Below, in pieces: positions 39,704 to 49,732 of a stretch of DNA of 64,000 nucleotides. The stretch's first letter is position 1, and every line of letters begins with the position of its first letter. Made by a program: the position numbers and the translations under genes. The stretch spans positions 21,353 to 85,352 of the forward strand of contig JAVJVX010000003.1 of the NCBI GenBank assembly GCA_040220875.1, read 5' to 3'. Below the pieces are notes generated by a model. That model ran no database searches. It saw nothing but the letters and a program-made list of their open reading frames with translations, and was not told where the DNA came from. This DNA comes from Alphaproteobacteria bacterium. Its GTDB lineage: Bacteria; Pseudomonadota; Alphaproteobacteria; JAVJVX01.

Positions 39704-39966
39704 GGCCGTGTCCTCTTGTCACGCCGCTCTCCCCCCTCCTTACGCGAAAAATGTGACGGTCCCGCGAAACCGGTCCCGGTGCGGCATGGCACAAAAAAAG
39801 CCATCCCCGCACGGCAAAAGGCCGAATCTGCGATTTTCCGGTTGGCACGCCGCCTCGCGGGCCTAGCATTGGACCGCCGCCGTCCGCTAGGATTTCACCA
39901 GGCGAGCGATACGGGAGAACGCCGGGCCCGGTTGCCGGCGACCCGGACCACGAGACGAGAAAGGAT

Positions 39967-41313
39967 GTGCCCATGAGTGAGCAAGTTGCCGATCTGGGAT
40001 CCCTCGGCGGCGGCGGCGGCCAGGACGAGGTTTATGTGACCACCTTTACCCGTGGCCGCGTCGGGCCGAGCGAGACGATGCTGGGACCGGTCAAGAGCGG
40101 CGGGCGCATCGTTACCGGCACGCCGCCGGGTTGCTGGTCACCGATGATTACGCCGGCCTTTCAGGGCGGGCATGAGGTGACGCAGCCCGTGGCGGTCGAA
40201 GGGGCCGAGGTGGGCGACTCGGTTGCGCTGACGCTGGAGCGCTGCCGCAACGTGTCGGAAGCATCCTCGTCGGGTGTCGATTCGTTTCTCGAAGGGCGCT
40301 ACAAGCAGGACCCTTTCGTCGCCAAGATTTGTCCGAATTGCGGCGCGGAGAACCCGGAAAGTTATGTCGAGGGAATCGGGCCGGAATCGATTCACTGCAA
40401 GGAGTGCGGGGCGGAGGCTTCCGTGTTCCGGTTTGCTCACGGCTACACGGTAGTGATGGACAAGGAGCATGACGTGGCCATCACCGTGCCGCCCGAGGTC
40501 GCGGCCAAGGTGGCGAACAACGCCAAGGCGCTGCATCACTCCCCGGCCAACGTGGCTGCTCACCCGATCCTGCTCTATGGCGCGGGCGAGATGCCGGGGG
40601 TCATCACCCGGGTCATGCCGTTTCTTGGCAATATCGGGACGACGCCATCGGCCAACATGCCCGATTCCCACAACGCCGGAGATTTCGGCCAGTTCCTGAT
40701 CGGTGCCGATCACGAATTCGGGGTCAAGGACGAGGAAGAGCTCAACCGGCACAAGACCGATGGCCATATGGATTGCGCCCAGGTGCGCGAAGGGGCGGTG
40801 CTGATCTGCCCCGTCAAGGTGCCGCAAGCCGGGGTCTATATGGGCGATATGCACGCCATGCAGGGCAATGGCGAGGTCGCGGGCCACGCGACCGATTCAG
40901 CCTCTGAGGTCGAATGCCGCGTGGATCTCCTCAAGGGCGTGACCATTGACGGGCCGATCCTGCTGCCGGTCTATGAGGACCTGCCGCACTTGCTGCGGCC
41001 GGTCACCAAGGAAATGCGCCGGCATGCCGAGGCGCTTGCGCAGAAATACGGCGTCGGGGAACTCGAGGAAAGCGGACCGGTGCAATTCATCGGCAGCGGC
41101 AAGGATCTCAACGCAGCCACAAAGAACGGGCTCGAGCGCGCGGCCAAGGCAACCGGGCTTTCTTTCGAGGAAGTCCAGAACCGGGCGACCATTACCGGCT
41201 CGATCGAAATCGGCCGCCTGCCCGGCGTGGTCAAGGTGGGGCTTCTCTGCCCCATGCCGGTCCTGGATCGCATGGGCATCGGCGACATCGTGCGCAAGCA
41301 GTACGATCTTTGA
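39967..41313 (+). CDS. Acetamidase/formamidase-family protein with inserted CxxC...CxxC zinc-ribbon
   Basis: VAVEGAEVGDSVALTL and GDMHAMQGNGEVAGHATD fit the FmdA/AmdA pattern. The insert is CPNCGAENP...CKECGAE at 40330-40407. Confidence 0.6.
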   Translation: MPMSEQVADLGSLGGGGGQDEVYVTTFTRGRVGPSETMLGPVKSGGRIVTGTPPGCWSPMITPAFQGGHEVTQPVAVEGAEVGDSVALTLERCRNVSEASSSGVDSFLEGRYKQDPFVAKICPNCGAENPESYVEGIGPESIHCKECGAEASVFRFAHGYTVVMDKEHDVAITVPPEVAAKVANNAKALHHSPANVAAHPILLYGAGEMPGVITRVMPFLGNIGTTPSANMPDSHNAGDFGQFLIGADHEFGVKDEEELNRHKTDGHMDCAQVREGAVLICPVKVPQAGVYMGDMHAMQGNGEVAGHATDSASEVECRVDLLKGVTIDGPILLPVYEDLPHLLRPVTKEMRRHAEALAQKYGVGELEESGPVQFIGSGKDLNAATKNGLERAAKATGLSFEEVQNRATITGSIEIGRLPGVVKVGLLCPMPVLDRMGIGDIVRKQYDL

Positions 41314-41401
41314 GAACCGGTGGCGGGCGATCTCGCCCGCATCATCGCCGTCGGACGGGCCCGCTGGTCGGGCCCGTCGTCTTTTGCGCGGACGACGACG
41401 C

Positions 41402-42364
41402 TCAGACCCTGCGCGCGAGGCCGGCCAGGGCCGGGTCGGGGAGGGTCAGACGCGCGACCGGGATCGCCCGGACGTAGTCGGTCATCGGGCCCTTGTCGTA
41501 AAAGGCGGCGAGGAACCGCTCGGCCGCGAAGGTCTCGCCCCAGCGGGGCAATATGCCCCCGGCGAGGAACACGCCACCGGTGGCGCCGAAAACCAGCGCG
41601 AGATCGCCGGCGATGGCGCCGAGGAATTCGGTGAAGAGGTCGACCGCCGCGCACGCGCGCAAATCGCCGCGCCGCGCCAGATCGAACACTTCGCCGGCCG
41701 AAAGATACGGATCGAAACGCTGCGTCTCGGCCGCGCCCAGCGCCGCCCAGAGATTCACAAGGCCAGGTCCCGAAAGGACGCGCTCGAGGGAAACGCGTCC
41801 GAATTGCTGGCGCAGGATTGCGAGCACATGGGCCTGGGCTTCGTCGGTGGCAGCCAGGGTCATGTGGCCGCCCTCACCCGCGTAACTCCGCCAGCCCCCT
41901 TCGCCGTCGGGGATCACGGCGGAAATGCCGAGCCCGGTTCCGGGGCCAACCGCAATCGCTGGCGCGGCCGGTGGCAGGAGCGCCAGGACAGCGGAAACCG
42001 GTGCGACATCCGCCGCCGTCAGGCCGGGGATGGCGTCGGCGACCGCCTCGAAATCGTTGAGCAGGTGAACGACCGCGCCGGGCGCAAGCTGCTTGATATC
42101 GGCTTCCCGCACGATCCAGTCGTTATTGGTCACGGCGATTTCCCGGCCCCTGACCGGCCCGGCGGCGGCGATGGCGACCGCGGCCGGCGTGCGCGATCCC
42201 TTGTCGGCCAGCCCGACCCGATCCAGATAATGGGCGAGCGCATCGCCAAAGGACGCAAAATCGGCGATCCGGAATCTCCGGATCTGGACGGGCTGGCCGT
42301 CCTCGGCCAAGGCAAATCGGATATTGGTGCCGCCCAGGTCGGCGATGACGGCGGGGGCGCGCAT
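41402..42364 (-). CDS. glk: Glucokinase
   Basis: VIADLGGTNIRFALA N-terminus, 320 aa. TGATG stop/start overlap with otsA. Confidence 0.9.
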   Translation of the reverse strand: MRAPAVIADLGGTNIRFALAEDGQPVQIRRFRIADFASFGDALAHYLDRVGLADKGSRTPAAVAIAAAGPVRGREIAVTNNDWIVREADIKQLAPGAVVHLLNDFEAVADAIPGLTAADVAPVSAVLALLPPAAPAIAVGPGTGLGISAVIPDGEGGWRSYAGEGGHMTLAATDEAQAHVLAILRQQFGRVSLERVLSGPGLVNLWAALGAAETQRFDPYLSAGEVFDLARRGDLRACAAVDLFTEFLGAIAGDLALVFGATGGVFLAGGILPRWGETFAAERFLAAFYDKGPMTDYVRAIPVARLTLPDPALAGLARRV

Positions 42365-43770
42365 CAGGGCCGTCGCGCCTTGTTATGGGCAGCCTCGAGC
42401 GCGGCGAGAAAATCCTCGCGCCACTTCACCACATCTTCGCTTTCGACAACATGGTACAGGCTTTCCCAGCGTCGCGTGCGTTCCTTGTGTGGCATATGAA
42501 CGGCCCGCTGCAGCGCTTCCGCCATATCTTCCTCGGCATAGGGATTGACGATCAGGGCGTCGCGAAGCTGCTCGGCCGCACCGGCGAATTGGGAAAGAAT
42601 CAGGACGCCTGGGTTGGCCGGGTCCTGCGCGGCGATATATTCCTTGGCGACCAGGTTCATGCCGTCGCGCAGCGGGGTCACGAGCCCTATTCGGCTGGCC
42701 CGGTAGAATCCGGCGAGCGAACGGCGCGCAAAGGCCCGGTTGATATACCGGATCGGAGTCCAGTCATAGTCGCCAAAGCGTCCGTTGATCTCGCCAGAGA
42801 GCGCTTCCAAATCGGCCTTGATCTCGGCATAGGCGTCGACGTTTTCGCGCGATGGCGGCAGGATCTGCAAAAAACTGATCTGGCCCCGGTTATCAGGATA
42901 ATCCTCGAGCATGCGCCCGAAAGCACGAAAACGATTGGGAACCCCCTTGGAATAGTCCAGCCGGTCCACCCCGATAATCTGCAAGCGCTTGCCGAGGAGG
43001 TCCCTGAGGCGTCCGATCTGGCGCCTGGCGTCGGCCGAAGTCGCAAAGCGTGCGAAGGTTCCGGCATCGATGCCGATGGGAAAGGCCTGGACCGACAATT
43101 TTCGCCCGAAGGCCCGCAGGCGGCCGTCCTCGATATGCTCGCCCATGTCCTCCTCTTCAAGATAGCGCACGAGGGCATTGCGATCGGCACGGGTCTGGAG
43201 ACCCACCAGGTCGTAGGCGGACAATGCGCGCGCCAGCCAGTCGTGATGGGGCAGCGCCTTCAGAATTTCGGAAGCGGGAAACGGGATGTGCAGGAAAAAT
43301 CCGATCGGGCCCTGCCAGCCCATAGCGCGCAATTCGGCACCCAGGGGGATCAGATGATAGTCATGGACCCAGATGACGTCGTCGGGCTTCAGGAGCGGGG
43401 CGAGTTGGGCGGCGAAGCGGCGATTGACACGCCGGTAGCCGTCCTCGAACCGGTGATCGAAATTCGCGAGATCGAGGCGCAGGTGAAAGACGGGCCAGAG
43501 TGTGCTGTTGGCGTAGCCGGAATAGTACTCGTCGTAATCGGCCCTGGTCAGATCGATGGTCGCCAGACGCACGTTGCCTTCGGCTTTCTGATGCACCGGC
43601 CCGTGCGTGCCTTTTTCGCTGATCTTGCCGGTCCAGCCGAACCACAGGCCGCCGCGATCCTTGAGCGCGTCTACCAGCGCCACCGCCAGCCCGCCGGCGC
43701 GTGCACTGTCCCGGATCGGACCGACCCGGTTGGAGACGACGACAAGGCGTTTCACAACACGCTCTCCCAT
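42364..43770 (-). CDS. otsA: Trehalose-6-phosphate synthase (start ATG 43770 or GTG 43755)
   Basis: RLVVVSNRVGP, GGLAVAL and WVHDYHLIPL are GT20 hallmarks. Confidence 0.92.
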   Translation of the reverse strand: MGERVVKRLVVVSNRVGPIRDSARAGGLAVALVDALKDRGGLWFGWTGKISEKGTHGPVHQKAEGNVRLATIDLTRADYDEYYSGYANSTLWPVFHLRLDLANFDHRFEDGYRRVNRRFAAQLAPLLKPDDVIWVHDYHLIPLGAELRAMGWQGPIGFFLHIPFPASEILKALPHHDWLARALSAYDLVGLQTRADRNALVRYLEEEDMGEHIEDGRLRAFGRKLSVQAFPIGIDAGTFARFATSADARRQIGRLRDLLGKRLQIIGVDRLDYSKGVPNRFRAFGRMLEDYPDNRGQISFLQILPPSRENVDAYAEIKADLEALSGEINGRFGDYDWTPIRYINRAFARRSLAGFYRASRIGLVTPLRDGMNLVAKEYIAAQDPANPGVLILSQFAGAAEQLRDALIVNPYAEEDMAEALQRAVHMPHKERTRRWESLYHVVESEDVVKWREDFLAALEAAHNKARRP

Positions 43771-45545
43771 CGTCGGCTGAGTCGCACCGCACCGTTGATG
43801 ACGCCCACCATCGAGTAGGTCTGCGGAAAGTTGCCCCAAAGCTCGCCTGTATCCGGATGCACGTCCTCGGACAGAAGGCCGAGATGGTTACGGCAGCTCA
43901 ACATGCTTTCGAAAATCTCGCGCGCCTCGTCGAATCGCTCCAGCCGCGCCAGGGCGTCGATATACCAGAAGGTGCAGATATTGAAGGCGGTTTCCGGCAG
44001 GCCGAAATCGTCCCTGGCGGCGTAGCGGAACATATGCTTGCCCTTGAGCAGGGTTTTTTCGATTCGCTCCACCGTGGCCAGAAATTTGGGATGGCTCGGT
44101 TTCAGGAAGCCGACTTCGGTCATGAGAAGTAGCCCGGCATCCAGGTCCGAGCCTTCAAAACTGGTGACGAAGGACGAAAGGTCTTCGTTCCATGCCCGCT
44201 CCATGACCACGGTCTTGATTTTGTCGGCTCGCTCGGCCCAAAGGTTCGCACGGTCCGTCACGCCGAGTTGCCTGGCGATGAGGCTGAGCCGGTCGCAGGC
44301 CGCCCAGCACATCACACTTGACGAGGTGTGAACCCGCGCCATGGTGCGAAATTCCCACATGCCCGCATCGGGCTGGTCGAAAAGCCGGAATGCCTGTTCT
44401 CCCGCTTCTTCCAGCAAGTGGAAGTCGTCGACGCTCCCCTTGCGAAACAGGCGCGAATCGAAGAACGACTGCGCGGCGCCGAGAATGACATTGCCATACA
44501 CATCATACTGGAAATGTTCATAAGCCTGATTCCCGGCCCGGACCGGTCCCTGGCCGCGATACCCTTGCAGATTAGGAACAATTCGCTCGTCGAGCCTTGA
44601 TTCAAGTCCAATTCCATAAACCGGCTGAAGATGGCCGTTTTCCGAGCTGCCGACGATATTTGTCAGGTAGCGCAGGTAGTTCTCCATGGTCTCCATTTCG
44701 GACAGGCTGTTGAGTGCCCGGATCACGAAGAACGCATCCCGGAGCCAGCAATAGCGGTAGTCCCAATTCCGACCGGAATTCTCGGCCTCCGGAACACTGG
44801 TGGTCATCGCCGCCACGATGGCGCCCGTTTCTTCAAAGGTGCAAAGCTTGAGCGTGATGGCTGCCCGGATCACGGCGGCCTGCCATTCATAGGGAATGGC
44901 AAGCCGGCGACACCATGTGCGCCAGTAATCGACCGTGCGTTCCTCGAAATCGCGCGCCGTTTCCTCGACCCCCTCCGTCAGTGTCTCGTCCGGCCCCAGG
45001 ACCAGGCTGAAGGGCTGGTCGAGAAAGAAGAATTTTTCGTCCAGCACATAGGTCACGGGCGCGTTGGTGGTCAGGCGCAGCACAGTGCCCGAATTGACAT
45101 ACCGAATATGGTTGCTGCCGTGGGTGATTGTGGCCCGGGCCGTGCCGTATTCGAACTGCGGGCGCAGGTGGACGCGAATCCGCGGTCGGCCGCGTAATGG
45201 CCGCACGCGGCGAAGCAGGACGAGAGGGCGAAACATGCGCCCCCGGGCCGGGAAACGAGGCGCCACGTCCGTGATTTCAAGGCTTTGCCCGTGGCGGTCG
45301 TACAGAACGGTCTTGAGCACGGCCGTGTTTTCCGCGTATGCCTGCTCGGCATGATCGAAATCCTCGAGCACGATCGAGAAGATTCCGTCCTGATCCTCGG
45401 GCGCGATATCGTCACCATTCAGGAGGCCGTGAAAGACCGGATCGCCGTCAAATCTTGGGAGACACATCCACTGCACGCGGGCGCAGTCGTCGATCAGCGC
45501 GCTAAAGGCGCAATTGCCGATGATGCCGAGGCCCAGAGAATTCAT
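43752..45545 (-). CDS. Glycoside hydrolase family 15 (glucoamylase/trehalase-like)
   Basis: GIIGNCAFSALID N-terminus, RNWDYRYCWLRDA, 597 aa. Confidence 0.9.
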   Translation of the reverse strand: MNSLGLGIIGNCAFSALIDDCARVQWMCLPRFDGDPVFHGLLNGDDIAPEDQDGIFSIVLEDFDHAEQAYAENTAVLKTVLYDRHGQSLEITDVAPRFPARGRMFRPLVLLRRVRPLRGRPRIRVHLRPQFEYGTARATITHGSNHIRYVNSGTVLRLTTNAPVTYVLDEKFFFLDQPFSLVLGPDETLTEGVEETARDFEERTVDYWRTWCRRLAIPYEWQAAVIRAAITLKLCTFEETGAIVAAMTTSVPEAENSGRNWDYRYCWLRDAFFVIRALNSLSEMETMENYLRYLTNIVGSSENGHLQPVYGIGLESRLDERIVPNLQGYRGQGPVRAGNQAYEHFQYDVYGNVILGAAQSFFDSRLFRKGSVDDFHLLEEAGEQAFRLFDQPDAGMWEFRTMARVHTSSSVMCWAACDRLSLIARQLGVTDRANLWAERADKIKTVVMERAWNEDLSSFVTSFEGSDLDAGLLLMTEVGFLKPSHPKFLATVERIEKTLLKGKHMFRYAARDDFGLPETAFNICTFWYIDALARLERFDEAREIFESMLSCRNHLGLLSEDVHPDTGELWGNFPQTYSMVGVINGAVRLSRRWESVL

Positions 45546-45561
45546 TTCGTTCCACCCCTGC

Positions 45562-46317
45562 CTATTCCGCTAAAAGACCCGGCATCATCCTGAGCCATTC
45601 GTGAACTGTCTGAACGTCTTTGACCGCGTATCCGGCGGCACTGTTTCCGTTGCCCACCTTGACGCCGAACCCGCCCATGGTGTTCACCACTCGAAAGCCA
45701 TCCTCGTCGGTTATGTCGTCTCCGATGAACACCGGCCGCCGGCCCCGGAAGGGCGCGTACTGCATCAGCGCCTCGATGGCCGAGCCCTTGTCGGCCATAT
45801 CCGACTTTATCTCGACGACGCATTTCCCATGCATCACATGATAACCGTCGAGACCCTGACAGAGAGAGGCCACGAGTGCGAGAATGTCGTTCTCGGCCGC
45901 CGGCGCCTGCCGGTAATGGAGCGTCGCCGCTGGCCCCTTGTCCTCAAAAACCACACCGGGACGCGCGGCGGCGAACGCCGCGAGGCGCGACTTGACGGCG
46001 TCGATCCGGGGCGGGTCCAGGCGGGTCACGGCATTTTCGCCCGGCAGGCGCCGTTCGAGCCCGTGGATGCCCGCCGCCGCCATGGTCAGGGGTGCCATGA
46101 AGCTGTCGAGATCGGCGATGGTACGGCCGGTGATAACGGCGACGGCACCCGCCAGTTCGGCGACCACACCCCGGAGTATGGGAATCATTTCCGGGTCAAG
46201 CGCCACGAGATGGGGCGCCTCCGCGATTTCGGCGATTGTGCCGTCGAAATCGAGAAACAGGGCCCAGTGACGGGACGGGGCCGGCAAACCGGCTGCATCG
46301 GAAATCAATGAGGTCAT
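45562..46317 (-). CDS. otsB: Trehalose-6-phosphate phosphatase
   Basis: HAD motif I is LFLDFDGTIAEI, with C-terminal FIGDDITDEDGF. Confidence 0.9.
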   Translation of the reverse strand: MTSLISDAAGLPAPSRHWALFLDFDGTIAEIAEAPHLVALDPEMIPILRGVVAELAGAVAVITGRTIADLDSFMAPLTMAAAGIHGLERRLPGENAVTRLDPPRIDAVKSRLAAFAAARPGVVFEDKGPAATLHYRQAPAAENDILALVASLCQGLDGYHVMHGKCVVEIKSDMADKGSAIEALMQYAPFRGRRPVFIGDDITDEDGFRVVNTMGGFGVKVGNGNSAAGYAVKDVQTVHEWLRMMPGLLAE

Positions 46318-46401
46318 CTGCGGTCGGAAAATCTGAACGCGGCCAGCCTACTGGAACTCGCGGGCGCGATCCATCGGCCAGGGCAACCGGCGGCGAAATG
46401 T

Positions 46402-47133
46402 CTAGGCGGCGGGGCCGAATTCCTCTTCCGCCTCCCGGACCGCCTTCTTCCAGGCTTTTTCCGACTTGTAGGGACCGAGCGGCTTGACGTCCTTGTCCCT
46501 GGCGGGCTTGACCCCGCCCTTTTTCGGAAGTTCCTTGAGGAACTGTCCCTCGCGGGTCAGGATGATGATGGGCCGCTTCTTGCGCGAAAAGGCCTTGCGC
46601 ATCGTGGCCGAATAATCCTTGTAGGTCTCGAATTCTTCGGGGTCACGCTCGAAAAGATAAAGATGGGCGTCGAGGCATTCGCTGACGAAGCTGGCCGTCA
46701 CCTGGCGCAGATTGCTGATCACCCAGCAGCGATCCTCGAAATCCCAATAGGTGGCGAGTCCGATCACTTCCTTTTCGCGTGAAACATACGGAAAAAAGGG
46801 GAAGGCGCGGCAAGCCAGTGTGCGGTTGTCCCGTTCACAAAAGGCAGCGCCCTTGCACTCGATCGCCTTGCAGGACGTGCCGGCTTCCTTAACGATGTCC
46901 CGGCCCGCCTTGTCCTTCGGCTTGTAGCCGTGCCAGAGATCGGTGCGCTTCTGCAGAAGCTTCCACTCGGGTTTCACCACCACCGGCACCGCGTGATCCG
47001 TGCTGCAGCAGACCGGGCTGCCGCCATTGAGCGGCGCGCATTTCCTGCCGCAATCCAGCCGGGCTACCGGTGCCTTGAAAGTGTCGTAAATATACCGGAA
47101 ATCCTTCTGGGTAAGCGGGTGTTTGCGGGCCAT
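46402..47133 (-). CDS. Cysteine-rich hypothetical protein (YkgJ/UPF0153-like Zn/Fe-S motif?)
   Basis: 243-aa ORF with CGRKCAPLNGGSPVCCS, CKAIECKGAAFC and a lysine-rich tail. Confidence 0.6.
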   Translation of the reverse strand: MARKHPLTQKDFRYIYDTFKAPVARLDCGRKCAPLNGGSPVCCSTDHAVPVVVKPEWKLLQKRTDLWHGYKPKDKAGRDIVKEAGTSCKAIECKGAAFCERDNRTLACRAFPFFPYVSREKEVIGLATYWDFEDRCWVISNLRQVTASFVSECLDAHLYLFERDPEEFETYKDYSATMRKAFSRKKRPIIILTREGQFLKELPKKGGVKPARDKDVKPLGPYKSEKAWKKAVREAEEEFGPAA

Positions 47134-47223
47134 GCCAGTCCTGTCACGAATGGTTGCGTTACGGCGCTTAACCTAACAGGAAATCATGACGATCCCAAAG
47201 CGGCAATGCGGCCCGGGTGTCCC

Positions 47224-48495
47224 TCAGCGCTCGTTGAGGAACACGCCGATAATCTCGAGATGTGCGGTCCAGAGGAACTGGTCGATCGGCTGCACATGCG
47301 CGAACCGGTAACCGCCATCCATCAGAATCCGCGCATCGCGCGCGAAGGTCTTCGGATTGCACGAGACGGCGACCACCACCGGCACCCGGCTTCGGGCGAG
47401 CGCGGCGGCCTGGGCCGGGGCGCCGGCGCGTGGCGGGTCGAACACGACGGCGCCGAGTCCGGCCAGCTCGTCCCCCTCGAGCGGACGCTGGCCGAGATCC
47501 CGCGTCTTGGCTGTCAGCTCATAGGCAAGACCGGCCTGCCGGCCGGCGGCATCGAGCGCGGCAATGGCCGCGCTGTCGCCGTCCAGCGCCAGCACCGGGT
47601 GGCGTGCCGCGAGGCGCAGGGAGAACGTCCCGATGCCACAAAAAAGATCGGCCACTTTTGCGCCGGTCGGGCAGCCGGCGAGCGCGGCCAGCACGGCAGC
47701 GGCCAGGGCTTCTTCGCCTTCCCGCGTCGCCTGCAGGAAAGGGGCTGGGGGCGGGACGATCCGGGCCGGGCCGATCGTGAGGTGCCCCGGTGCCAGATTG
47801 GCAACCGGTTCGACCGGGCCGTCGGGCGGCCCGGCGGAAAGTCGGGCCAGCCCTGTCCGGTGGGCAAAATCGGTAAGCCGCTCGATCACATCGAGCTTGG
47901 GTCGGGCCAGGCCATGCAGCACCAGATCGACCCCGTCATCGAGACGCGTCAGGGAGATATCGAGTTGGTGTCCCCGCGCCAGAATGGTGGCAAGGACGGA
48001 CCGCAGCGGCGGCAGGAGATCAAGCAGATCGGGATGCAGGATCGTGCATTCGTCAAGATCGACGATGCGTCGGCTGAGCGCCTCGTGGAACCCGAGCCTG
48101 ATACCATCCGGCAGGTGTCGCACGTGCAGCCGTGCGCGGCGTCGGGTGCCGGGCGGTACCCCGATCATCGCGCGCCGCTCCTCGGGCAGGGCGCGCGCGC
48201 GGTCCAGCGCCGCCTCGAGCAGCCCGTATTTCCAGCGCCGGTAAAGTTCGGGCGCGAGGTGCTGCACGCGGCAGCCACCACAACGGGTGAAATGGACGCA
48301 GGGTGACGTTTGCCGTCCGGCCGCCGGGCTCAGCACTTCGCGAAGAACGCCGCGCCGCGCCGCGCCGGCCCGGGTTTCAATCAGGGATATGCGCGCCCGG
48401 TCGCCGGGCGCGGTGTAGGGCACGAAAACCGGGCCCTTATCGGTTGGCGCGATTCCGTCACCGTCCTGGCCAAGGGCCTCGATCTCGACAAGCAT
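47224..48495 (-). CDS. RumA/RlmD/TrmA-family RNA (uracil-5)-methyltransferase with TRAM domain and Fe-S cysteines
   Basis: It has CVHFTRCGGCRVQH, DLFCGIGTFSL and FDPPRAGA. Start chosen at MLVEIEALG, 9 nt after the corA stop. Confidence 0.85.
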   Translation of the reverse strand: MLVEIEALGQDGDGIAPTDKGPVFVPYTAPGDRARISLIETRAGAARRGVLREVLSPAAGRQTSPCVHFTRCGGCRVQHLAPELYRRWKYGLLEAALDRARALPEERRAMIGVPPGTRRRARLHVRHLPDGIRLGFHEALSRRIVDLDECTILHPDLLDLLPPLRSVLATILARGHQLDISLTRLDDGVDLVLHGLARPKLDVIERLTDFAHRTGLARLSAGPPDGPVEPVANLAPGHLTIGPARIVPPPAPFLQATREGEEALAAAVLAALAGCPTGAKVADLFCGIGTFSLRLAARHPVLALDGDSAAIAALDAAGRQAGLAYELTAKTRDLGQRPLEGDELAGLGAVVFDPPRAGAPAQAAALARSRVPVVVAVSCNPKTFARDARILMDGGYRFAHVQPIDQFLWTAHLEIIGVFLNER

Positions 48496-48506
48496 GCCGG
48501 CCGGGC

Positions 48507-49661
48507 TCACTCGTCCGGCGACGGCCGGTCCGGACTGCCGCGCTCGCGCCCGATCCAGCCCTTCCGCCAGAAGTAGAAAACCATGCAGGCCGCGACCAGC
48601 GCCATGAAGCCGAGAGCGATCGGATAGCCCCATGGCCATCTCAGTTCCGGCATGTTGTAGGGCGAGGCCGCGCTGTCGAAATTCATGCCGTAAAGTCCCG
48701 CGATAAAGCCCAGCGGGATGAAGATCGTGGCGATGATGGTCAGCACCTTCATCACCTCGTTCATACGGCTGCTCTGGCTCGACAGGTACAGCTCGACGAG
48801 GCCGGAAGCGATTTCGCGCAGGACCTCGATACTGTCCATGCACTGGATCGCGTGGTCATAGCAGTCGCGCAGGTAAACGCGTGTTGGTTCGGCGATCAGC
48901 CGCGAATCGTCCCGTAACAGCGCGCCGATCGCCTCCCGTTCGGGCATCAGCGCCCGGCGGATCAGCATCAGGTCACGCTTGATCCGGTGGAGCGTGTTGA
49001 CATGGCGCACGTCCGGCGTTTTCAGAACATCCTCCTCGATGCCCTGCAACTCCTCGCCGTAATACTCGATCAGGGGGTAATAACTGTCGATCACGGCGTC
49101 GATCAGCGCATACATGAGGTAATCGGCCCCCGACTTCCGAATTCGCCCCTTGTCCGAACGAATGCGCTCGCGCACCGAATCGAAACAGTCGCCGGGTCGT
49201 TCCTGGAAGGTGATCAGATAGCGGCCGATCAGGAATGCCGAAATCTGCTCCGCCAGCAACTGATTTTGCTGCACTTCGAAGCGCCGCATCACGGTGAAGA
49301 TGTGATTGTCGAAATCGTCGGCCTTCGGGCGCTGATACGTGTTGACGACATCCTCGATGGCGAGGCTGTGGAACGAGAATTTGTCCGATATGGCCCGGAT
49401 CAGGTCGAGATCGGCAAGTCCGTTGACATTGATCCAGACCACGGCCATTTCGCTGGCCACATCCTCTATCCCTTCCGGGCCGGCAACGGTTTCCTCGCGC
49501 AGCCCGCCAGGGCCAAAGGCGATGACCTCGATTTCTGTCCGGCCGGCAAGCGGGTCGGCGATCAGTGTCCCCGGACTGGCGCCGGGCGCATGGCGGATTT
49601 TCGGCACCACGCGGTGGCGCGAACTGAAAGGAAGGCCTTTGCCGAGAATGCGGTTCTTCAC
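48507..49661 (-). CDS. corA: Magnesium/cobalt transporter CorA
   Basis: YGMNF signature (LYGMNFDSA) plus two C-terminal TM helices. Confidence 0.9.
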   Translation of the reverse strand: MKNRILGKGLPFSSRHRVVPKIRHAPGASPGTLIADPLAGRTEIEVIAFGPGGLREETVAGPEGIEDVASEMAVVWINVNGLADLDLIRAISDKFSFHSLAIEDVVNTYQRPKADDFDNHIFTVMRRFEVQQNQLLAEQISAFLIGRYLITFQERPGDCFDSVRERIRSDKGRIRKSGADYLMYALIDAVIDSYYPLIEYYGEELQGIEEDVLKTPDVRHVNTLHRIKRDLMLIRRALMPEREAIGALLRDDSRLIAEPTRVYLRDCYDHAIQCMDSIEVLREIASGLVELYLSSQSSRMNEVMKVLTIIATIFIPLGFIAGLYGMNFDSAASPYNMPELRWPWGYPIALGFMALVAACMVFYFWRKGWIGRERGSPDRPSPDE

Positions 49662-49732
49662 CTGTGGGCTCCCGGGTTTGTCGCCGTCTCGCCCGACCCC
49701 GGCCGGGGACCGGGCGAATATCGGGGCGCGCC

